Source: Raillietiella orientalis | Lineage: Eukaryota | Reading direction: 5' to 3' | Length of the DNA: 64,000 bases | NCBI GenBank assembly: GCA_036172245.1 | Contig: JAYWIR010000002.1 | Coordinates: forward strand, 7,378,001 to 7,442,000 | Part shown: positions 35,149 to 48,200 of the stretch, in pieces | Numbering within the stretch: position 1 is the first letter of the stretch | How the letters are laid out: every line of letters begins with the position of its first letter | Translations under genes and position numbers: made by a program | Notes under the pieces: generated by a model | The model's database searches: none | What the model was told of the DNA's origin: nothing | What the model saw: the letters and a program-made list of their open reading frames with translations, nothing else

Positions 35149-37845
35149 TTCTTACTCGGTCACGTCGGGACGTTCATTCTCATAATCCAGCTGAAAACAG
35201 TTGTTTCCAGCCGAGGACTTCAAAAAACAAAGGAGATAAACCACTGGCACTCAGGCCTGCAAAACGGTAGGTCCGGAACAGGCAGGGAAGAGGGGACTGC
35301 AAAAAAAAAATACAGTCGAAATGGGAGTAAGAGGCCAGAGGACTTTGGTGGCTCTCCATAGTCAGCGGGAAGAAAAAGAATCAAAGCACGAAAAATACTA
35401 CGAAGCAAATGGGAGGTGGGACGCGAAAACAAAAATGAAATCAAAGGGGAATAGACGTGGATCACCAGGATCGCCGTTCCAAACCGTACGTAATCCGGCG
35501 CTAGATGTCGGTGAGTTCCTCCGTTGCGTTTTCGATCAAGTGATGCCATCTAGCAGCCGCGCTGATGAAGTCGGCTGCCTTCCTGGTGACATAACATTGC
35601 TGCCTGGTGTTCTCCAGAACGTCTCGGACTGTGACAATGGCGCAAATGCAACCAACGGTCGAGGTCATCGCTTCCGTCGAAAGTCCTTGTGGTTGGAAGA
35701 ACCGTCGCAGCACTTCACGAGTGGTGCACTCCTGTTGCAGGAGTGCTGCTGCCAACCTCATTCAGAGTTCGTAGGACATCGCTCGTAGGGGGCATCAGAG
35801 TCCAAAAGAAGGTGCGGGAACGACTTTGTCGCCCCGCACCGGGTACAGTAGGGGAAAGCCACACCATCGGAAACTCGGTGCCGCCACTCATCGTAGCGCA
35901 AACCCCTGTGCACGAAGAGCAAAACGTCTTGCTTCCAGGCAAGAGGAAACAACGAACCGTCCAAGCAGCAGGGATGGACAAGTTCAGTTCCCCGAGGTCA
36001 ACACCAAGAGCTCCTCCCCACCGAAGAAGTCCTTTTGCCGTAGCACGAGGAGTGGCAGCATCCACCAGCTCGCTCGTCTCCCATTCGCTGAAGAGTTTTC
36101 CTCTTCCTGCAATGGTGCAGGAGAACTCCCACCTCGCAGGTTGGCTACTGTCTTCTCTAGCCCCGAGAACAGACAGCGCGTCGGCGAGGGGCGTGGCGGC
36201 CAGGGAGGAAAACTTCACCCCGTCCTGCATCACCTCCTCAAGCGACCGAGGAATAGGAATCGACGCAGGGGGCGAAGATTTTCGAGGCTCATTCCCTGGA
36301 ATGCAGCCCAAGACTCAACAGATTCCTACCGTCGAGCATTAAAGTATATTGGGGGCAGGAAATCCACGATTGAGCTTCCAGCAGTGAGGCGAGTTGCCTC
36401 AAAGGATAGCCGAACGCCTGCTTTCTGTGGCGCCTGCCCGGCGCCAACGAAAGAAGTCATTCAATGCCGGAGCACCTACGGAGGACGATGCTCACAGGTG
36501 CACAGAGCGAGGAAGTCCAAAGGTTGGCACACATCCTGAACTACACTTGCAGTCCGATCCGTTCCATCGTCAGGATGTCCAGGCCGGCATTCCGACGTGG
36601 AGCCGCCAAGTCTTTCAGGCAGATCCTGGATCTCTCCGGTCCCCAGAGAGCGTTCCTAAGCAGGCGTTTAACCCGCCGCTTCGCTGCGTAGGGGGAATCT
36701 AAAACAATAAACAGGGGGCGGAGGAGAGCAACCACAAAGGTATTCCAAATAGCCGACCGTTCCGGCAAAGTAAAATTGCCATCAATGAACGGGTTGGCGG
36801 CCAACTCTGCCTTCTGAAGGCAGTCCGACCACGCTTCGGCTGTGCCGATAGCGCCCAACAGAATTCCAAGGTACTTGAAGTACCCGCCTGTGGGGATCCC
36901 CAGGAGGATTCAGTCGGAATGCCCCTCCCACGACGCACCCACAGGCACGACAACGCTCTTCCTTCTGTTCACGCTCACGCCCGCTCCCCGACGAATCAGG
37001 TTGAAGAAATCTGCGACACTGGACGCCGGGGTGCATATGGCGAGCAGAAGAAGCAGGTCATCTGCAAACGCAGCCACGGAAGGCGTTCCCGTGCAAGAGC
37101 TAGGCAGGTACTCGGGCGTTAGCCTGTAGGCCCTCAGCACCAACTCAAAGAAGATGCTGAAGAGCAACGAGCTCAAACTGTCGTCCTGCCCGATGCTCCT
37201 GCTGACGGGAATACCGTACACGTGGCAGCCACTAAAAGTAATACCTCCCCACACAGGAAGGCAGGCTCTCATCGAGGAAGAAGTGATCCAGCGATCTTTC
37301 CATCTTAGGTACGCCGACCATCAAGTTGTTGGCAGGTGAGCGCATGACGCCAGCAAGAGCGCAAGTAGTTCAGAAGCTGAGCCGGGAGACGGAGTCGCTG
37401 CAGAAGTTCCAAGAGGAGTTCCTGGTTCACGCAGTCGAACGCTTTGTGGAGATCGACTGCGACCGCCAAGGCACCCGGCGTATCATCCTGCCGCTTGTGA
37501 CGATGCCTTTTGTCTGCGACAGCGGCCTTTGCCGTTGCCCGCCTTTGCTGCGCTATGCGATCCTGCAGTTGCATCCAGGAGCGGGCGAACAGGAGATTCT
37601 CGTCCATGGACCGACCAAGGACTCGACGATCCTCCCTAGCCCCGCAACCCACAGATTGGAGAACAACTACAAGTCCGAGTTCACCAAGGTGACCGGAGGC
37701 CAGTTGTTCCGATGGCGTGCGTCTCTACCTTTCGGCAAGAGACTCTCCCTCGCTGAGCGGAAGGAAGCCGGGACATCCCCGAATCCCTCATCAGCGACGA
37801 CGACCTTGAAGTTATCTTGCAGGACTGGTAACTTTGGTCCCGGGT
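35149..37845 (-). mobile_element. LINE copy (second subfamily), RT to 3' UTR
   Basis: VDLHKAFD, FADD, KYLGI, CTRCGATKSFPHLLLDS; terminus aatgaacgtcccgacgtgaccgagtaagaa. Confidence 0.92.
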
Positions 37846-37849
37846 AGCC

Positions 37850-38225
37850 GTGTTGCCTCTGGCCTCAGAGCTGTCTGCCCTCAGGGCAAACAACGACAGT
37901 AGCCAACCGGCAGGGTGGGAGTTCTCCTGTAGCATTGCAGGAGTCGACAAACTGCTGAGCGGTTGCAAAACGAGCGTGTTGCTGGATGCTGCCACTCCTC
38001 GTCACCGGGCAAAGGGACTCCTCCGGTGGAGTGAACTTCTCAGTGTACCCCTCGAAGAACTCGTGGTCCCTACTCTCTGCGTGGACACCTCGGTGTTTCC
38101 GCTTCTATCGAAACAGGATGTTCTGCTATTACTGCACTGGGGCTTCCAGTGCAATCAGCGCATACATCTGGTATCCGGGGGAGTTGCTTCCCCAAACTCC
38201 CGCAGGTGCGGGGCGATGCAATCGT
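37850..38225 (+). mobile_element. LINE C-terminal fragment, antisense to its flanks
   Basis: DAATPRHRAKGLLRWSELL...LLLHWGFQCN. Confidence 0.8.
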
Positions 38226-38950
38226 TCTGCAGTCCGTTCACGTTCCAACACGCGACGGACAGACGACGAGAGAACGCGATTCTTTGCATCACGGCTGGGA
38301 AAATGGGGCCGTGTTGCTCACCTCCTCGGGCGAGCGGGGAGTCAGCAGCACGACCGGTTGGAGGGCGCGGTAGCCACCGGCCTCCAAGTTGCTGCACGCA
38401 ATCGAGTGCTCGTCTCCGGGTAGCCTCGCTTGGCGCTCCGGGGTGGGCTCTCGCTCTTTCGCGGTGTGTGCTTCGCGCCTGAAGGCTTTAGCCCGGCGCT
38501 CTACCACCACCGCGCGTGTGATGCGCCGGTCGGCGGTTGTATCCGACTCCGTTTCGGAGTGTGATTGAAGCGCGAGCGATTGGCACTTGACCTGCCGCCT
38601 CGATTGGGAAGTGGCTGCGGATGATTCCACAGTTTTTCCCTTCTCTGCGGTCACCGGAGCACCGTTCCCGGCGATCGCAGCTTTCGCGTTGCACGCGACG
38701 ACGGCGACGGCCTTTGCTAAGGCACAGGGAACCTTCACTCAAGTCTTATTGCACGACGGTTCCTTGCCTTTCAGAGGCTCAGGGAAGAAGGTTGCGGAGC
38801 ATTCTCGGGAGATTTTGCCTTTCTCCTCTCTCCACAACCATCCATCGACCGTCGGTTTCCTCACAGGGGTTCGCGACTTTCGTCGCGAGCTCCTCCGGGG
38901 TGGTTTTCACAGCCGCCTGGGGCACAGCTTTCCCTGCACCCTACAGCTTT
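38226..38950 (-). mobile_element. LINE ORF1 C-terminus and ORF2 (APE endonuclease) start
   Basis: A low-complexity ORF ends at TGA 38291-38289, overlapping the ATG of MQRIAFSRRLSVACWNVNGL (APE motif WNVNGL). Confidence 0.75.
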
Positions 38951-38959
38951 CCCTGTGCA

Positions 38960-39405
38960 AAAGCGGGGAGGGCATGGGATGCTGAGGTTCAAGGACTTGT
39001 CCAGAAAGGGTGGCTATCACGTTGTACTTGGTGGCGCTCGTGTCCTCGCAGCAACGTTCCAGGTTCCGCAGTGGGGTATGCGATCGGGTGTGCAATTGGG
39101 GGAATTTGCCTGAGAATTGATGTGGATGGGTTGCGTCCTACTCTGCAGCGACGAAATGATTGGCATCGATGTCGCGCTGGCGATTGCCGATCCTTGGGTG
39201 TGGTGCGAAGCAGGAATGACGTGAGGGAGAATATCGGTTTTTGATGGTGCTTCCCTTTGTACGGTTGGTGGGGTTTCTCCATGGGCGCATCGGGATGGTA
39301 CGTACTGCGTGTGCCGAATGTTGGTGTGGTGCTGTCGGAAAAGGTTTGGATAGGGATGGTGGGGATGTTGGTTGGTTATCGCACTGTGTTGCTGATTTCG
39401 GACTT
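38960..39405. repeat. Near-identical duplicate of 52225-52670 (unidentified G/T-skewed element)
   Basis: Direct sequence match with few substitutions. Confidence 0.92.
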
Positions 39406-39479
39406 TGAGGCTTTGGCTGGCTCGTCTCTTTCGCAGCACTGGGCGGTCTCACTCTGGGCGTGTGTCTGATGAAGCCTCC

Positions 39480-39600
39480 TGCAATGAACAGGCACTGCCC
39501 ATTCTTCACTACATGGAAGGGCGGAGGATGTAAAGTTCGCCGATTTTTAGTGACGCAAACAGTAGAAAAACGGCTCCCAGATACACTTTAGTGGTTTGCA
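39480..39600 (+). pseudogene. Possible Rep SF3-helicase C-terminal remnant
   Basis: MNRHCPFFTTWKGGGCKVRRFLVTQ resembles DRYP...KGG...IITSN (motifs B'/C); weak. Confidence 0.4.
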
Positions 39601-39789
39601 CCTAGCCAGTCTCAACCTAAAACTTACGCTTCCCAGTAATGCGGTTTGCGGTCATCGCAGGGGTCAGCCTTTGGTGCAACGACCGAGCATTACTCTGGAG
39701 GACTCGGTCGTGATCAGGATCTCGAAACCAAAGTTGAGGGACCAGAAGCTACGGGAGAATGCTTCACAATACGAAATCGAAAATGCCTT

Positions 39790-40732
39790 TTTTTGTCTAA
39801 AACCTGCATTACGACTCATGGCGAAGCTTATACTGAGTGTCCGAAATGGACAGTAGGAATCCTCGACTATCGAATCCATCGTACACGCAAAATAGTAAAC
39901 CGCGTGCACAACCCATGATTCCATTTCGTCATTCCCACCTCGTTTCTAATTTGTGCGATTTGAGGCCACCGATCGGATGTTGGTGAAATGATGAACAGTA
40001 CCGTGAATTACGTTTACTGAGGCATACATTCGGGCTGTCGATTTAGCACCAGTCAGATGCAGCAATTCGTGCTCAATATTTGGTTCACATACACACATAC
40101 AGTCCTGTTCTTACATTTGCGAAACACAGGAGATCTGTTTTGCTGCCAAGTCAGCTGATTCCACATTCCTTCAGAATCACCGTTTTTCACAATCCTAAAA
40201 TCTTCCTCCTGTCCGGCAGTTGTCGCAACAACAAAATTATTCGAAATATATAGTCTCCAGCTATTTCGGAATTCAACACATTCGACTCCTTTTGATCAGA
40301 AAAAGTATCCGTAAGAGGTTCCAAAGATATCCTCACACCGTACAACTTTACATACTCAAACAGTCTCGACATTCCACTCAGATTCCAAAATCCAAGCAAC
40401 GTACTCGTGGTGCGCTTATGGAAATCGGTATGATACACAAAGCAACCGACATAATAACCTTCACCACCAACAAGCCTCAACTCTTGACGAACAGTAGAAG
40501 CACGCTTCGTAAGATGACAATCCCTAAACCGAATACGCGCACCAGAACGCAACACCTTCCCAATCCAGGAGGAAGCACGTCCAAAATTGCCACGATCTTT
40601 AACACGCCTCCTCAGAGAATTACGCTTACGATGATTACCACGAGAATGCAATGCACGACGTCTACGACGCTGTTTACGTAAAGAAACATTCCTAAGATCA
40701 GCACGATGAGGTGTACGTGTCGCAACAGGCAT
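39790..40732 (-). pseudogene. cap: CRESS virus capsid protein (open to 40187, frameshifted beyond)
   Basis: Arg-rich N-terminus (RKQRRRRRALHSRGNHRKRNSLRRR), core LFEYVKLYGVRISLEP, downstream pieces RTVCVYV and GLLF...YKLR...CRF. Confidence 0.75.
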
Positions 40733-40922
40733 CCTCACACCGCAACCTCTTGTATCCTCATGCATTCCAAAATGAAGGGAACAAAGAGAATACGAACCCC
40801 CTGACCCTCACATTCCGCTAATTTGACACCGACTAGGCAAAAACCACTTAAAAAGTGCAGAGGATGACCCTGAACTCGGCAAACCGTATCAAACCAAAAC
40901 ACACACACCAAAAGGTTGCAAC

Positions 40923-41445
40923 ATGCCGTACGCAAAGTGCACGCTGCGGTGCTTCACCCCAAACAACTGGATAACCGCAGAAGAAACACAGGAAAGGTCA
41001 CTTCGAAAAGGAAAGCACGGAATGCTCGGAAAAAAAGCAAGCTCCACAGCAACCCCGCATCTCCAGGGATGCTTCCAAACAGCAATACCCTCCACGATAC
41101 CTCAGCTAAAAGGAATCCAACGTTTCTCAAGAGCTGCCGTGCAAACCTCCAAACGAAATCCTCAACGCCAAAAGACCGCCATGCGAAAGGGGCCCACCGA
41201 GAAACGAAAAACCTCCTACTACACAAGATCAAGAACATCCATTGCAAGCACGAGTGAACACGGTTCATTTCAGATCATCGCATACGGAAAAGAGGGAAAA
41301 AAGAAAAATCGTTCTGCGAAAACGAACCACAACCATTCGAAAAACAGAAAGCCTTCAACATCGGCGGTATAAGACTCGGAAAATCGTACTCTCCAAACAA
41401 TCCAACGATCCTCAACGCATTACAACCATGGCAAACCTCTACCCC
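40923..41445 (+). pseudogene. rep: CRESS virus Rep, HUH endonuclease domain (degenerate, truncated by a LINE)
   Basis: RCR motif I CFTPNN, motif II TPHLQG, QLKGIQRFSRAAVQ, probable motif III YYTR, EHG. Confidence 0.85.
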
Positions 41446-41449
41446 TTGA

Positions 41450-42576
41450 AACCTCTCTACCGGCTCCTGGCAGCCCACGCATGGATCTCCTGCCGCCCAA
41501 CGAACTTTGACTCCTGGCGGCAGGAACCGTTGCATGCCTGGGCAAATAACAGGATGTTTCGCTCTTGGAACTCCGTTGCGCCAACCTCTCCCCGTACTGC
41601 AAAGTGGATGACGTCTGGAACAGCTGGAGAAGTGGATTCGCCTGGCCGTCACACCCCTCGCCGACGCGCTGTCAGCCCTCAGGGCAAGTGACGACAGCTG
41701 CGAACCGGCGAGATGGGAGGTCGCCTGCACCATCGCAGGAACAACACGACCCATTGGCGGCTGGAGGAATTGCGAGCTGGCGGACGCCGCCACGCCTCGC
41801 CACGTTCCGAAGGGACTCCTTCGATGGAGTGAACACTTGAGTGTGCCCCCCGAAGAACTTGTGGTCCCTCCCTCCTGTTTGAACACTTCTGTGTTCCCCC
41901 TTTCGTGGAAGCAGGACGTGATCATGCTGGTGCATTGGGGGTTTCACTCCAACCAGCGCACGAACCGTGTTTCCGGGGGAGTTGTCTCCCCAAACTGCAA
42001 GCGGTGCGGGGAAGTGGAAACGCTCCCGCACATGCTCCTGGACTGCGGTGCCCTTCTAGGACTTTGGCGGAGGCTGGCCTCAGCTCTCCTGCACCAGGGG
42101 AACACCGCGAGGGACTTGATGCGTCGCTTCTTCACGCCAGGCGGCCTGTCTTTAGGTGCTGTCATCGCAACGGTCTGTTGCACCCGCGCCATCGACAAGG
42201 CCCACCGAGAGCTGGAGAAGCTGGCGATTCGTTCTCAGGCCACCGGAATAGCCGGCGTGAGCATGGCGTCGGCTGCCGAGTGGGCCCATCTGCCAGTGGA
42301 CGTTAGGAGCGATATCACCGGCATCCATCGCCGGTTTTGAAAGGAAGGAACGGCGTTACCAAAGACCCCTGTCCCCTGCCCTCCATATTTTCATTTTTAT
42401 ATATATATTTTTTTAAAGTAGTGTATATGTGGTCCCCTCCCTCCCGTTCCGGACTTTCGGCATACCGACCTGCGTGTCGGGGATCCCACCCCCTTCGTCT
42501 CTTGTTTTTCCTTTGTCCAGGAACTCTGTTCCCGGATAGTTTCTTAATAAACGCCCCGGCGCACCCGGGTGATAAA
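41450..42576 (+). mobile_element. LINE 3' portion
   Basis: HAWISCRPTN...CKRCGEVETLPHMLLDC; aataaacgccccggcgcacccgggtgataaa terminus. Confidence 0.9.
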
Positions 42577-44439
42577 CAGCCAAACCGTCACATCGGAAGG
42601 CATTCAGCCAACAGCACACCAAATAAAAAAAACAACAGGCTGATGGCCGTGGCCATCACATGACAACCACGCATTGCGAAAGGCTCGAAGCCAGCCACCG
42701 AAACAACCAGGTTGCAGAGACAACACAAAAAAAAACATCACAAACAATTTGGCAAGCAATCCAAACAAAAACCAGCAAACACGAGAACCAAAAGAAAACA
42801 AATCCAAATGCATGATAACCGCGGGGATAACACCAAACCCGCAAAAGACTCAGGTGAAAAAAAAAAAAACAAAATAAATCACCCTCAAAAAAAGCACTGC
42901 ATGTTGTGTTTAGACACGAAGACAAAAGAACATCCAAAACCAAATCAACCAAACCAATCAATCAAAACCAAAGAAAGAAGTCACCCACGACAAAACAGGG
43001 ACTCCACCAGAACAAACCACCGTCCAGTCAAAACAAAAAGTCCAGTTGAAAGCAACAAAAACAAAAAGCAAGGCAGCTGAGCATTTCAAAGCACCAGAAA
43101 AAGAAGGCAGGCACCCACAACGACCGCCTCCCCTTGGCACAGAAGGTATGAGCCAAGATGAACGGCCCTAGACGAGCACATTGCCCGCAAACGAGGCGGC
43201 CCACAGAAGACGGGCAGAATCAACGGGACAACTTCATCATCCCGACACACTGTCAGTCGCGCTGCAACCGTTTCAATGGCAAACGTGAAGAGAACCAGGA
43301 ATCAAACAGGAGACAAGGAAAGTAAGCCCTCGAAAACGAAGACGCGTCTTCGTTTTCGGGCTACAGACGGAAAAAGGAAAAGCTGCTCTTAGAGCAACAG
43401 GCCCGCTCGGCAGTAGCGAGCGCTGAGCTCAGGAGGACCTCCGGAAGGGGCGTGCCGGGGGGAAGAACGCCTCAACCATGAAGAGGAGCGCCACTCTGGC
43501 AGTGGCATGTGCCGATGATGGACGAGGGATCAAGCAGCGCATCCAGAAACTGTGGATTCCAATGCAGTGTAGTTGAGCGTACTGACATCAGAAACCTGTT
43601 CACTTGGCCCGCCAAGTGCAACTCGGGAGGTGGGAAAAGGGAGAATAGGGCGTCACGGTTCCGCGACCAGGAGCTTCCTCGGGGGGAAGGGTGGCTCCCG
43701 GGGCGATCGTAGTGGCTGCGAGAAGGTCGTAGCGAACTTCCTATGAAAGTTGGATGGCAAACGGAAGCGACTTTTCAAGGGAAACGTGTGAAACACAAAG
43801 ACAAACTTGGCAAGCGGAGAGCCCGCTGACCAGGGCGCCCCACGGACGACCGGCGGAATCTCCGGGGCAACCCGACCTTCTGGTCCGACTTCCGGATTCG
43901 TTGCAACGCCTGCAGTGGCACGCTTGAAGAGAATTAGGAATCGAATGGAAGGCAATGGAAAGATCTTCCCCGGTGGACGGGGCGGGTTTTTCGTTGTGGG
44001 CTGCCAAGAGGAGAAACGGATAGGTTGCAGGGAAAGGGTTGGCCCGCCAGTGGGAAGGGAGCGCTTTTGTTGTGGAAGGATGAGGAAGCGCTGCGATGTC
44101 CTGCGGTCAGTTTTGCGTCTGCGCACTGCATGAAGGAGTGCAGTGGAAGCAAAAGTCTACGTTGTCCTAAGGATGCAAAGGGTGAACCAAAATTCCTGGG
44201 TGGGTTCCCCATCAAAAAAAGGATTAAAAAAAAAGGTGGGGATTTCTGTTTTCGTTGAGTTTTTTTTTCTTTGCGCTATTTTTTTGACGTTTCTTTTTTC
44301 TCGGTTTTTTTTCTTTTCTTTTTTCTTCTTTTTTTTCTTTTCTTTTTTTTTCGTTTCTTTTCTTTTTTTTTCTTTTCGTTTTTATTTCCCTTTCATTTCT
44401 TTTTTTTCTTTTTTTTCTTTTTTGCTTAGAAATTCAGTG

Positions 44440-44900
44440 TGTGACCTTGTTGCAGAGATAAATTCCGACGACCTGCTCACACTCCTACGGCGACGGTCAA
44501 TTGGGGACAAGATGACTAAGTTGACTGAGTTGCAGATTGAAATCTTGAACAAAATGCCATTCCTGCGGGCCACGAATGCAAATCCACACGAAAGCGGAAA
44601 ACGACGTTGTGACCGGAAACTGAAAGAACTTCCCGGAATTGGGATCCCCGTGGAAAAAAAGGGACAAAAACTGGGGAATTGGAGGCCACTGGGATGGCTA
44701 TGCCTGGCCGACAAAATTCCAGTGCACAAGAATACGACTATTTGGGGAAATGGACCGAAAAAGAATTCCGACCATGAAGGTGGATGGGGGGTGATGGGGA
44801 GTACATGGGAAATGTTCATCTCCGAACGTTTGGGAGGACAAGGATTGCTCCTGGAGAGAGCGGCGGTAGCGAATGAGCGTGGTCGGAGTGGTTCGATGGT
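44440..44900 (+). mobile_element. Degenerate RT N-terminal fragment of another LINE
   Basis: KKGQKLGNWRPLGWLCLADKI resembles KKGD...NWRPISLL..DYKI. Confidence 0.55.
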
Positions 44901-45289
44901 CGGTTCTGCTGGATGGATCGAGCAGTGACGCGAGCGGTGCAACTGTTCCTGGTCGCCTACCTTTTCGACTGGTTGCCTTCTTCTGGCTGTCTCCAGGGAT
45001 GCAATTGGATTCCGCAGTTTCCAGTGGTGGATGGAAGGTTTTTTTTTTTTTTCGTCACCTCTAAGGCATGTTTCCCCAAGGTAAGGACTTCGCCTCTGCT
45101 TCTGCGCAGCACTTCCTGTCCACACTGAGGAATCTTGTCTTTGGAAAATGAGGTGAAAACTGATTGTGGGATGTGTGGTTTCCATGGTTTTTTTGTTGTT
45201 GTGAGTTCTAGTGCGCAGGATTCGCAATTTGCTCCGTGCATTCCTAGAGAGAATGTTTTTTTTTTTTTCTGAGATTGTGATGGTTTCTG

Positions 45290-48200
45290 TTAACGGGGAC
45301 GTTGATCATCCAGATTTTCCGGGGCATTCCTTGTCGAAATTGAAAACACAAAAGTATTGCACAATATGGTCGTCATATGCTTTTCTTGGTTGCACATTTG
45401 GTGCTGCCACTTTCGGGAGACTTGCCGTGAACCAGTGCAGAGACTGGTGAGGTCCTCTCCGTCACCTAAACGGAAGGAAGAGACGAAAGAAAAATAAACC
45501 AAAGGAATTGAAAATTGGGGGAAGGGGATGTTTCTTGGGGAAGGGAGGGATGGGAATGTACCACTGTTTGCCTGGATCAGAACTCGGCATCCTGTTCAGG
45601 ATACTGACAATGGCTGCTTTGAAATTTCTTCGTTGTGATTAATTTGACACGCTCTGGAAAAAGATCGTTGTCGAGTGCAGGACATTACTGCTGTTTTGCC
45701 TTCTTCTTTTGGCGTTCCACCACGCCACGATTCCGCGAGCACAGCTGAGCAGTGCTAGAGACGCGGCGTAGGGCAGAGCATTACGTCTGAAGATGGCCGT
45801 AAAATATTTTTAGGGCCGCCTGCCGTTAGATTTACAATGGACAAGAGTCGATCCCAAAGTTCACGGCGGGCGACGCAGTCCAATACGAGATGCGGGAAGC
45901 CCTTTCACCGCACTCTGCACAACGGGAATCCCCACTCCCTAGTGTCCAGTGAGAGAGGCGTGCTCTGCATGGGATTCCCCCATGCAGCAATAGAAACGCC
46001 GCCTCTTGCCACCCCATTGGAAGGGAGCTCCTGTGCCAATATGCTGGGGGCCACTTCACATCCTCCGGTTGCATTCCGAGCAGCACGCCTCAGCGCATGA
46101 GTTCTTTCGACGCGACACTCGAAGTCGCAGCGTCCACTGCCTGCCGAGTTGTCCACGCTTTCTTTAGTTTTTTCCTGCCTCCAATGATGCAGGACACTTC
46201 CCACGATGCTCGTCCGTTTCTATCTCAAGCGTATCTGAGGTAGATCAGCACGGGAGCAAGGAGGATGGAGGAAGGCCACAGCAATTTGCGTGGGTTGTTT
46301 ACCATCCGCCGCAGGAGCCGTCGAGTGCAAGGACCTCGTCGGAGGTAGGTGGTTTCCACCTCGCTCGAACCATCGATTCTTCCTCATGCGGAAACTGACT
46401 CCTGAAGCCAGGCAGTACAGTTCGCAGGGAGGCACGAGTTCCACGTGTTGTTCCTCATGAGAGCTACCATGTGGCGCAGCTGATGGCCGCATTAGCCCAG
46501 ATTGCGTTTGTATGTTACGACGATCGAGGACAATCCTTTGCAGCCGGTCACTCTGCTGGCGAGGAGTCGAGCGGGTTCGCACCATGGCGTTGTGCACAAC
46601 TTCGCCGCAAGGTCGAGTCTTGGAAATTGGAGCTGTCGCTCCATGAGCTCCAGCGTAAGGAGACCCAATCCACCGTCCCTGCGTGGAGCTCAGAAGTCAT
46701 TGAAGCGGATGCGCTTCCTCGCTGTGCCCCACAGGACTTTCCTCAGGAGGTCCTCGATCCGTATTTTTATCACGGGTGGGGCGGGGCATGGAAAATGTAA
46801 AGGGAGAAGGAGAGGGGCTGCAATCGTGTTCCGCACCGCGGCCCGTTCCTACAAGTGAAGCTTGCCGTTCCCGAACGGGCCGATCACCAAATCCACCTTT
46901 TGGAGACGGTCGGACCAGGCTTCTGCCGCGCAGAAGTCCCTCAACGCAACGTCAAGGTACTTAAAGCACCCGCCCGTGGGGATCCCCAAGCGGATCCATT
47001 CCGGCAGTCCAGCCCACGCCGAGCCGACATAAATCAAGGACGACTTGGCTCTGTTCACTTCCAGGCTCTTCCCACAGCCGAGCAGCCCTAAGAAACCGTC
47101 GAGATCGGAAGCCGAGGTGGACTCGGGGAGCAGCAGCAGAAGATCCGTCTGCGTAGGACGACACGGTGGGCATGCCGGGAAACGTACTCGGCAGAGTTTC
47201 CAAAGTCTCGCTGTATGCTGTCAGCACCAACTCAAATTAGATGCTGAACAGCAGGCGGCTCAGGCTGTCATCCTGCCTTATGCCACGCCGAACCGGCGCA
47301 CGCTGAAACAAATATGTATGAGCGCGAAGCGCCACAGGGATCGCAGATAGGCCAGGAAGACGGTCGGAAATCCCATGCGTTCCAGGAGTTCCAGAAGGAG
47401 TTCCTGGGGCTCTGGTAGCTAGCAAAGACTGGCTCGATTTCACGGGCTGGGAGTTCCAGAAGGAGTTCCTCGTCGACGCAGTGAAATGCTTTACTCAAAT
47501 CGACCGCGAATGCAAGGGCTCCGGACCCGGCTCTTCCTCGTTGACCTTCCTCTCTCTGGTCAGAGGAAACGCGAGGATCCTCTTGACCTGTCTGACCTTC
47601 GCGCTGTAGCGGCTGCCACCATGGTTCTTTCGGGAAAAGCGTAGGTCTGTTCCGTACTGACCACGGATTCTGCCAGCCGTCCAGGTCGCTCAGTTGGGTC
47701 GCTATAATTTGGCAAGCGAATTCGCGTCTGCATTCAGTAGAGTGATGGGCCACCAGTTGCCTACGTTGCGAAAGTCTCCTCCTTCCGGAAGGAGACGTGC
47801 TTTAGCTGACCGGAACGAGTTGGGAACGTCCCCTCGTTTGCGGATCAGCATGCCTAGTTCGAGCACCAGGGGGACCAGCTCTGCCGCGAAGCATTGGTAA
47901 AACTCCGCGGGCTTCCCCTGGTGCCTTTGTTTTTTTGAACTTTCCGATTGCAGAGATAATCTCCGCCGTCGAGAAAGGCTCCTGGAGGTGGTTCCGATCC
48001 TCATCTCTCAACGCTGGGGCACCCTCTGGAAGCAATCGCCACGCAAAGGCGCGCTCGGGTCTTGCTCTCGCGTAATGTGAGGAGTAAAAAAACACGCAAG
48101 ATGTGGCTTACCTGCGCTGGGGATGAGCATTCTCGGCCTTGGGCGTCCGGCAAGCTGGCTGAACCGGATCGTCAGGTCTGCCCTTCGGCCCCAGCTCTGC

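Larger units (their letters stand above)
39470..41450. mobile_element. Endogenous CRESS-DNA (circovirus-like) viral element, near genome length, ambisense Rep/Cap
   Basis: Rep on + and Arg-rich Cap on - diverge from a 190-nt intergenic region; a probable Rep C-terminal piece lies beyond the Cap 3' end. Confidence 0.8.

Noticed and set aside
34733..38206. 17-nt match cccaaactcccgcaggt at ~34733 and ~38190 as a TSD
   Set aside because: The two occurrences encode non-homologous LINE regions on opposite strands; plausible by chance.
39460..39500. Hammerhead ribozyme at ctgatga
   Set aside because: No correctly placed GAAA or stems.
40733..40922. Canonical CRESS origin stem-loop (NANTATTAC)
   Set aside because: No convincing nonanucleotide on either strand; the best match TCGTATTCT (-) is weak, so it was not called.
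44143..44440. Phe-rich membrane-protein-like ORF start
   Set aside because: Translation of a T/C low-complexity tract.
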